This document shows, piece by piece, positions 41,345 to 47,058 of a stretch of 47,058 nucleotides of DNA. Within the stretch, counting starts at the first letter, position 1. Each line of letters opens with the position of its first letter. A model generated the notes under the pieces. It saw only the letters and a program-made list of their open reading frames with translations, was not told where the DNA came from and did no database searches. The position numbers and the translations under genes are program-made. Location of the stretch: the IMG/VR virus record IMGVR_UViG_3300037212_000010, positions 1 to 47,058 of that record; one strand, written 5' to 3'. The stretch comes from a virus (lineage: Duplodnaviria; Caudoviricetes).

Positions 41345-42286
41345 GTGCCGTCGCTATACGAGCAAGTAATCGCAGCCCACCGCAAGACCCTCGACCGAGT
41401 AGTCGAGCGTGGCGCGGTCGAGCGACTGCGGAACGTCTACACCAAGGCCGCGGCCGAGGTGCTGGCCAAGCTCGAGAAGCTGGGGCCAGGCTCCACGAGC
41501 TTCACGGCCTACCATCTGCACCGGGCACTGGCGCAGCTCAAGGCGGGACAGCTCTACATCGACGACCAGATGCTCGGCGAGCTTAACGCCGCGAGCCGCG
41601 AGGCGCAGATCGAATCGGTGCACGGTCTCGTGCGGGACTACAAGAAGCTGGAGAAGCACTTCAGCGGCCACGAGCCCGTGCTGCCCATCGAGGAGGCCGC
41701 GCGGTTCGCCGGTGTCATCGACAAGAGCAGGCCGTCGCTCATGCGCCAGCACGCCACGAGCATGAACCGCTACGGATCGCAGATGGTAGAACGCTTCCAG
41801 GGCGAGATGGCGGTGGGTCTGGCCAGCGGCGATACGCTCGACGGCGTGATCGGTAGGGTTCACGGGGTTATGAAGTCGGACTTCTGGCGCGCCGAGCGGG
41901 TGGCGAGGACCGAGGTTGCCTGGGCAGCCAACTCGAGCCACGCCGAAGGCATCAAGGAAATCGCGAAGGAAGACGGCGGCGTGATGTCCCAGTGGATTGA
42001 GTTCTGCGGGCCCGACGGCAAGCCCCTCGACGACCGCGTTGGAATCGACAGTATCGCCCTTCACGGGGAGCTGGTCACGCCGGGCGGCGACTTCATCATG
42101 CCGGCTGACGCTCCATACCCGGACGCCAAGGGAAACATGACGGTCCCACCTGCGCTCGTGGGTCAGTCGTGGAAGGTCCCGCCATGCAGGCCCAACGGCC
42201 GCGAGACAATCCAGGTCTGGAAGAAAGAGTGGGGCGCTCCCGGCTGGCTCTACCAGGGCGGCAAGCGCCACTGGCTGGTGAAGTAG
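41345..42286 (+). CDS. Minor head protein, Mu gpF / SPP1 gp7 family
   Basis: WRAERVARTE, DDRVG.DS..LHGE, PP.RPN.R; GGAGG RBS. Confidence 0.82.
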   Translation: MPSLYEQVIAAHRKTLDRVVERGAVERLRNVYTKAAAEVLAKLEKLGPGSTSFTAYHLHRALAQLKAGQLYIDDQMLGELNAASREAQIESVHGLVRDYKKLEKHFSGHEPVLPIEEAARFAGVIDKSRPSLMRQHATSMNRYGSQMVERFQGEMAVGLASGDTLDGVIGRVHGVMKSDFWRAERVARTEVAWAANSSHAEGIKEIAKEDGGVMSQWIEFCGPDGKPLDDRVGIDSIALHGELVTPGGDFIMPADAPYPDAKGNMTVPPALVGQSWKVPPCRPNGRETIQVWKKEWGAPGWLYQGGKRHWLVK

Positions 42287-42320
42287 ACGAGTGCCGGCTC
42301 GCGATGATAGGCTTGGGTCG

Positions 42321-42731
42321 ATGTCGCAACCGTCTGACCTAGGAAGAATCCCCGTCAACGCCGGGCAGGCATTTTCGTTCGACCTCGTCTTGGGCGGACT
42401 TCTGACCGATCTCGCGTCGTTCACCGGCCTGGCGCTTACCGGGCAAATTCGCAAGGACGCCGACCCGAAGGGCTGGCCGGCGTTGGTCACACCCACGATC
42501 ACGGTAGGCTCCCCAGTGGCTAACGACCCGACGGTATCCGTCACCGCGACCATCGCCGTGAGTGCCGACCAGATGAAGAAGATTCCGTCGTGTGAGCACG
42601 CGTTCCAAATGCCGACGAGCTATTGGCTTGACCTGGAAGGGGCCTACGGTGATGCGCCAACGGTGCCCGCGTTCCGACTGTTCGGGCGGATCGATGTCTA
42701 CCAGGGTGGAACCGCGCCAGTATCGGGGTAA
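42321..42731 (+). CDS. Virion structural/adaptor protein preceding the fibre gene
   Basis: GQIRK..D, YWLDLE, RLFGRIDVYQG.T; beta-rich. Confidence 0.55.
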   Translation: MSQPSDLGRIPVNAGQAFSFDLVLGGLLTDLASFTGLALTGQIRKDADPKGWPALVTPTITVGSPVANDPTVSVTATIAVSADQMKKIPSCEHAFQMPTSYWLDLEGAYGDAPTVPAFRLFGRIDVYQGGTAPVSG

Positions 42732-42734
42732 ACC

Positions 42735-45083
42735 ATGGCCAGCATCAAAACTATAACGGTCGAGCTGCCGCAGAAGATCCAGACGATACAGGTCCAGCTT
42801 GCCCCTCGTGGGGCCAAGGGCGATCCCGGAGATCCTGGATCTCCCGGAACGCCTGGCACACCAGGGCGAGATGGAACCGACGGATCTCCGGGCTCTCCCG
42901 GTGCAAAGGGCGACAAGGGCGACGCCGGTTCGATGCCGGCTATCTCAGGGACGGGCTGGGCGCACGTTACCGGCGGCGCGTGGGATGGAACCGCAAGGAC
43001 GCCGACGGCAGACGAGGTCGGAGCGGACCATGCCGGAGCCGCCGCCGCAATCACCCTGGGCGGACTCGGTGGCGTTGCTTCTAACGGCGCCATAGCGCCC
43101 GCAACTGGCGCCACCAAGGTCAATGTCGATGCGAAGGGGCTCATCGTCGGCACGGGAAACGCCACCACAGACGACATTGCCGACTCGACGAACAAGCGCT
43201 ACGTCACGGATGCCGAAAAAGCTCTGACCGACCGAATCCCGTTGGCGCTCTACACGGGCGTGATCGACGGGTGTGTTCTGTCGATCAACGCCTCAGACCA
43301 CACGCAAATCGACATTTCTGCGGGCCACACACTCTACGTCGATACCAGCAACCCGAACAGCCCAGTCATCGAGACCCTTACGGTCGCCGCGGCCACGGTT
43401 ACACCGATGGTCGGGGCTTCCGGGTTAGATACGCTGTTCAAGGTCTGGGCTGGAATTGCTAGGACCCAGCCAGGCGTCGGGACGTTGCAATTTTCCAACA
43501 CGTTCTTCAGCGCGGCAGACCGCCGACGAATCTCGGTAATTGGCACGCCTTGGTCGACAGGGATTGGTAGCAACGTGATCGTCGCCGTCTCTAACTACCC
43601 ATCACCTGCCTGGGGAGCCGAGAAGACGCTTGAAGATCTGTTCTATGCCCTGGGAGGTTCCATCAACGTCGATGGGAACTTCTTCACGTCCCACAGTGGT
43701 CAGCTCACCTTGGACAAGAGCGCGGGTCACGCCGTTCGACTGTATGGCGCCGCCTCAGTGAGCAAGGACAACCCTAACAACCCAAACTCCTACGCGGCGA
43801 CTCCGGTTACGGCGTATCGCTATTGGGCGGCATCGGGAACCAGCTACGGCAATGCCCTGTCATCGACGATTGATCCTGAATATTACGACAATGCTGGAAC
43901 GCGCACAGCGGTGCCCGCTGGCAAATGGACAATTCAGCGTGTGTACTGGTTTCCCAGCACGGCGCCGACCCCCATCGTAGCTATCACGTATGGGCAAGCG
44001 TATTTCGACACACTAGACGAGGCGAAGGCGGCGGCTAACACGCAAGTGATTGCGTTCTCGGATTTGGCAACCAACGGCTTCTTCGGCGGAATACTTCGTT
44101 CTCGGATATACGTCCAGCAAGGCTCAGCCGATCTCTCTGGCGCGTACGTCGAGAATATGAGCCAGTTCGTGGCCGGCGGAGCAGGTAGCGGCGGCGGTAC
44201 CGTCACGGACCACGCGGTACTTGCTCACCTCGACTTTGCTAGCTCTGGCCACACTGGATTTGCTCCGAGCAACTCGCCGACGTTCATCGGTACCATTACC
44301 CGCACGGGCACGGGGACGCCCGCCGTGTTGCCCGGTAACGCAATCGAGGCATACGATACCGTAGTCGGCGGCACGCTTCAGTCGAACGTGCAGAACTTAT
44401 CCGAGGACGGTTCGGCAAGCACAGACCTCGTTGCCACGGCGGACACCGGCTCTGATGTCGACAAGTACATCGACCTTGGCAAGAATTCGTCGGGATACAA
44501 CAACTCCAACTACGACAGCGGGGGACCACTCGATGGGTACCTGCTCGACATGGGAGGCAACCTAGCGATCATCACCGGAACCGCTGGGAAAGTGATCGGC
44601 TTCTACACGGGCGGAACGCGCGCGACTGATCTGCGGGCGACGATCAATGACAGAGGCCTCGTGGTGGTCGGTGCTCTTTCGGCAAGCAACCTGAGCGGAA
44701 CCAACACGGGAGACCAGACCCTATCGGGACTCGGCGGCGTTCCAACATTAAGAACCATCAACGGGAAGGCCCTTTCGGGTAACGTCAGCCTGACCGCAAG
44801 TGACGTCGGAGCAGACCCGGCAGGCGCAGCCGCGGCCGTTACGCTTTCTGGACTCGGCGGTGTTGCAACGGCGCGCACGATCAATGGCTACGACCTTTCC
44901 CAAAACATTTCGTTGACCTATTCGGACGTTGGAGCAGACCCAGCGGGAGCAGCGTCGGCAATTACGCTCGGCGGACTTGGCGGTGTCGCGACATCAATAA
45001 CAATCAATGGCCATTCGCTTAATGGAAACGTTACCGTTTCGCCGGCCGACATTTTCCCCGACTGCGTAGCTCTGTTGAGCTGA
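42735..45083 (+). CDS. Fibre protein with collagen-like G-X-Y repeats and tail-fibre repeats
   Basis: GAKGDPGDPGSPGTPGTPGRDG...; repeated RTINGxxLSxNxSLTxSDVGADPAGAA units. Confidence 0.8.
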   Translation: MASIKTITVELPQKIQTIQVQLAPRGAKGDPGDPGSPGTPGTPGRDGTDGSPGSPGAKGDKGDAGSMPAISGTGWAHVTGGAWDGTARTPTADEVGADHAGAAAAITLGGLGGVASNGAIAPATGATKVNVDAKGLIVGTGNATTDDIADSTNKRYVTDAEKALTDRIPLALYTGVIDGCVLSINASDHTQIDISAGHTLYVDTSNPNSPVIETLTVAAATVTPMVGASGLDTLFKVWAGIARTQPGVGTLQFSNTFFSAADRRRISVIGTPWSTGIGSNVIVAVSNYPSPAWGAEKTLEDLFYALGGSINVDGNFFTSHSGQLTLDKSAGHAVRLYGAASVSKDNPNNPNSYAATPVTAYRYWAASGTSYGNALSSTIDPEYYDNAGTRTAVPAGKWTIQRVYWFPSTAPTPIVAITYGQAYFDTLDEAKAAANTQVIAFSDLATNGFFGGILRSRIYVQQGSADLSGAYVENMSQFVAGGAGSGGGTVTDHAVLAHLDFASSGHTGFAPSNSPTFIGTITRTGTGTPAVLPGNAIEAYDTVVGGTLQSNVQNLSEDGSASTDLVATADTGSDVDKYIDLGKNSSGYNNSNYDSGGPLDGYLLDMGGNLAIITGTAGKVIGFYTGGTRATDLRATINDRGLVVVGALSASNLSGTNTGDQTLSGLGGVPTLRTINGKALSGNVSLTASDVGADPAGAAAAVTLSGLGGVATARTINGYDLSQNISLTYSDVGADPAGAASAITLGGLGGVATSITINGHSLNGNVTVSPADIFPDCVALLS

Positions 45084-45093
45084 AGAGGACGAC

Positions 45094-46275
45094 ATGCTTC
45101 TAAACACACTTGGCCCCACAAGCCCAATCGACACAGTCAACTGCGCGAGCGTTGTCCTACAATTCACGGGTGCCGGATTTGGTGACGTGGCCGTCGAAGT
45201 TAGCGCCGACGCAACGGACGGCTCATGGCGGCGGGTTACGGTGCGCGAAGCCGGATGTGGAACTAAAGAAATAGTAGAAGTAGATGGCATCTACACATTC
45301 TCAGCCTCTGCACGCTACTTCCGTCTGAACGTGCTTGACCTGGACGTCAACTGGACCGTCATCGCCCAGGGGCGTTCTGCTGCCGTAGACGCTGGGACGA
45401 ATGTTCTCGACTTGGCGTCAGACGACAATTCGAACGTCAGGCTGAGCGTCCGCACCGACCTGAAGAAGGACTCGCTTGGGGCTATCGTGGCCTCCGACGC
45501 TCCCGGAGTCACCTACGGTAATGCCAACGTCACGGGCCAGCTGCTCATTGCGAACTTCGATACGATTGGTTACGCCTCGGTCACGATGCAGCTGTTCGGG
45601 ACGTGGACAGGAACAGTCAGTTGGTTCGCTTCGAACGATATGAACGCCGGATACGTTGCGGTCGCGGCTTGGTCCGTAGGTGGTGGCGGTGCCCCCGTCA
45701 CGACGGCCACAGCTAACGGCATGTGGTCAATCCCCTGCACTGGTCGCTATCTACGCGTGATCTTTACGACCGCATCCTCTGGTGTGGTGCAAGTATCGCT
45801 GCTGCCTAGGCTAACCCCTGCGGTGCATGCGGATACCAGCATTGCCGTGTCCGCCAACACGAACCAAGTCGCCGGCACAGCGACGGTGACGGCAGGTGTT
45901 GCCGGACTTCAGGCAATCGGGGGAAACGTCGCCGCGGGCGTTGCTCCTACTGCCAACCCCGTTCCCGTCGGGGCCATCGACCCATCTGGTCTGACCCGCA
46001 GGGCGCTGTCGGACGCGACTGGCAGGCTATCCGTCGTAGGACAGCTCGCTTCCGTCATGACAGCACTAGGGGCCGCTGCCGCTCCAGTTGCCACATACGA
46101 CGCGAAAATGGACAAGGACGGCATCGATCTCAACTATCTACTCGCCGGCATCCTCGTCGAGCTGCGAGTATTGACCTCGTACATTTTTGAACTTCCGCGA
46201 ATGCTTAGCACTGTCCAGCCGAGTTGGGATTCTCCCGACGTACTTAGGGCGGACATAACACAGTCACCCTTGTAA
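45094..46275 (+). CDS. Beta-rich virion structural protein
   Basis: GAGGA RBS; two similar modules ending ARYFRL and GRYLRV; A/G/T/V-rich. Confidence 0.65.
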   Translation: MLLNTLGPTSPIDTVNCASVVLQFTGAGFGDVAVEVSADATDGSWRRVTVREAGCGTKEIVEVDGIYTFSASARYFRLNVLDLDVNWTVIAQGRSAAVDAGTNVLDLASDDNSNVRLSVRTDLKKDSLGAIVASDAPGVTYGNANVTGQLLIANFDTIGYASVTMQLFGTWTGTVSWFASNDMNAGYVAVAAWSVGGGGAPVTTATANGMWSIPCTGRYLRVIFTTASSGVVQVSLLPRLTPAVHADTSIAVSANTNQVAGTATVTAGVAGLQAIGGNVAAGVAPTANPVPVGAIDPSGLTRRALSDATGRLSVVGQLASVMTALGAAAAPVATYDAKMDKDGIDLNYLLAGILVELRVLTSYIFELPRMLSTVQPSWDSPDVLRADITQSPL

Positions 46276-46287
46276 GGAGATCACAAA

Positions 46288-46929
46288 ATGGCAACGAATC
46301 AGGTACGCATCCGAACACTGTCCTCAGCTCCCCTCTCAAGCGCTTCTGTAATCGACCAGCAGGCGGGCCCCTACGGCGACGGCCTCGTCACTGAGTTTCA
46401 TGGACGCCGATACGAGATGGCGCGGAACAAAATGCTCTTCCACTGCGCCAACCAAGCGGCCACAGTTACCACCGTCGGATTGGCCACGACGTACACGGGA
46501 TTGTGCCTGAGCAACCCACTCGGAAGCGGCGTGAACTTGTCCGTGCTCGAAGTCGGGGCGGCGTTCCCAGTGGCCCCTGCGGCAGCTCTCGTGTACGGAC
46601 TTATGGTCGGGTACAACGGTGCCACGAACGTCACTCACACCACTCCGGCGGCCCCAAAGTCCAACTACATCGGCGTCGCGCCGACGGCACTTGGTCTGGT
46701 CGACGTGTCCTGCACACTTCCTACCGCCCCGTGGGTTCAACGCGTTCTCGGCAAGGTGGACACCGGCGCCATCACCGTCGACACGCAGGCTGCGCCGATT
46801 CTGTTGCAGACAGAGGGATCCATCGTTCTCGCCCCCGGCGCGTACGTGGCCTTCTTCACCTCGACGGCATCCGCGGCGGCTGGCTTCTTGGCGCATTTCG
46901 AGTGGGAAGAGGTTCTCATCACCGCGTAA
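46288..46929 (+). CDS. Beta-rich virion structural protein
   Basis: AAGGAG RBS; LSNPLGSGVNL, GSIVLAPG, FEWEE. Confidence 0.65.
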   Translation: MATNQVRIRTLSSAPLSSASVIDQQAGPYGDGLVTEFHGRRYEMARNKMLFHCANQAATVTTVGLATTYTGLCLSNPLGSGVNLSVLEVGAAFPVAPAAALVYGLMVGYNGATNVTHTTPAAPKSNYIGVAPTALGLVDVSCTLPTAPWVQRVLGKVDTGAITVDTQAAPILLQTEGSIVLAPGAYVAFFTSTASAAAGFLAHFEWEEVLITA

Positions 46930-46977
46930 CAGCCACAGTTAGGCTTTCGTCGAGCGACGACACCGAAGTTCGGAATG

Positions 46978-47004
46978 GGCGCCAAACCTGGCGCCTTTTT
47001 CTTT
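46978..47004 (+). terminator. Rho-independent terminator
   Basis: GGCGCCA-AACC-TGGCGCC followed by TTTTTCTTT. Confidence 0.8.
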
Positions 47005-47058
47005 AGGTTGACATTTGTAGTGCGAACGCAGCCGCAACTGCGTGAAACCACTGACGGC

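Noticed and set aside
42805-42927. Collagen-like G-X-Y run as a sign of eukaryotic transfer
   Set aside because: Such repeats are common in phage fibre proteins

Overview
The window is a ~47 kb, GC-rich segment of a tailed dsDNA bacteriophage (or prophage) genome. Nearly all real genes are on the + strand and are often coupled by ATGA/GTGA/TAATG overlaps. From left to right: the end of a tail-fibre gene; an unusually enzyme-rich lysis region (membrane proteins, papain-like C1 peptidase, Cys-rich lipoprotein, Zn-phospholipase C/P1-nuclease-like protein, GH25 endolysin); a phage sigma-like factor and a recombination module (SSAP-like, PD-(D/E)XK nuclease, SbcC-like ATPase) containing a tRNA-like RNA with a collapsed anticodon arm; replication genes (initiator, DnaC-like loader); a TnpB-only IS200/IS605 element on the - strand, inserted exactly at a GTGA gene junction; RuvC-like resolvase and several DNA methyltransferases, most of them damaged; a block of small early genes under repeated operator-containing, mostly leaderless promoters; a DUF6745-like gene with 20 tandem 12-bp repeats; and a packaging/head module (TerS, TerL, portal, HAD-metallopeptidase fusion, HNH, LAGLIDADG, gpF) followed by fibre-like virion genes. 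I recognised no integrase, major capsid protein, reverse transcriptase or CRISPR array. The most striking unexplained signals are regulatory: two repeated promoter families, a candidate anti-RBS small RNA, repeated CAGGU hairpins, and an antisense ORF that bridges the TnpB insertion. Family names come from motif recognition by eye, not database searches.
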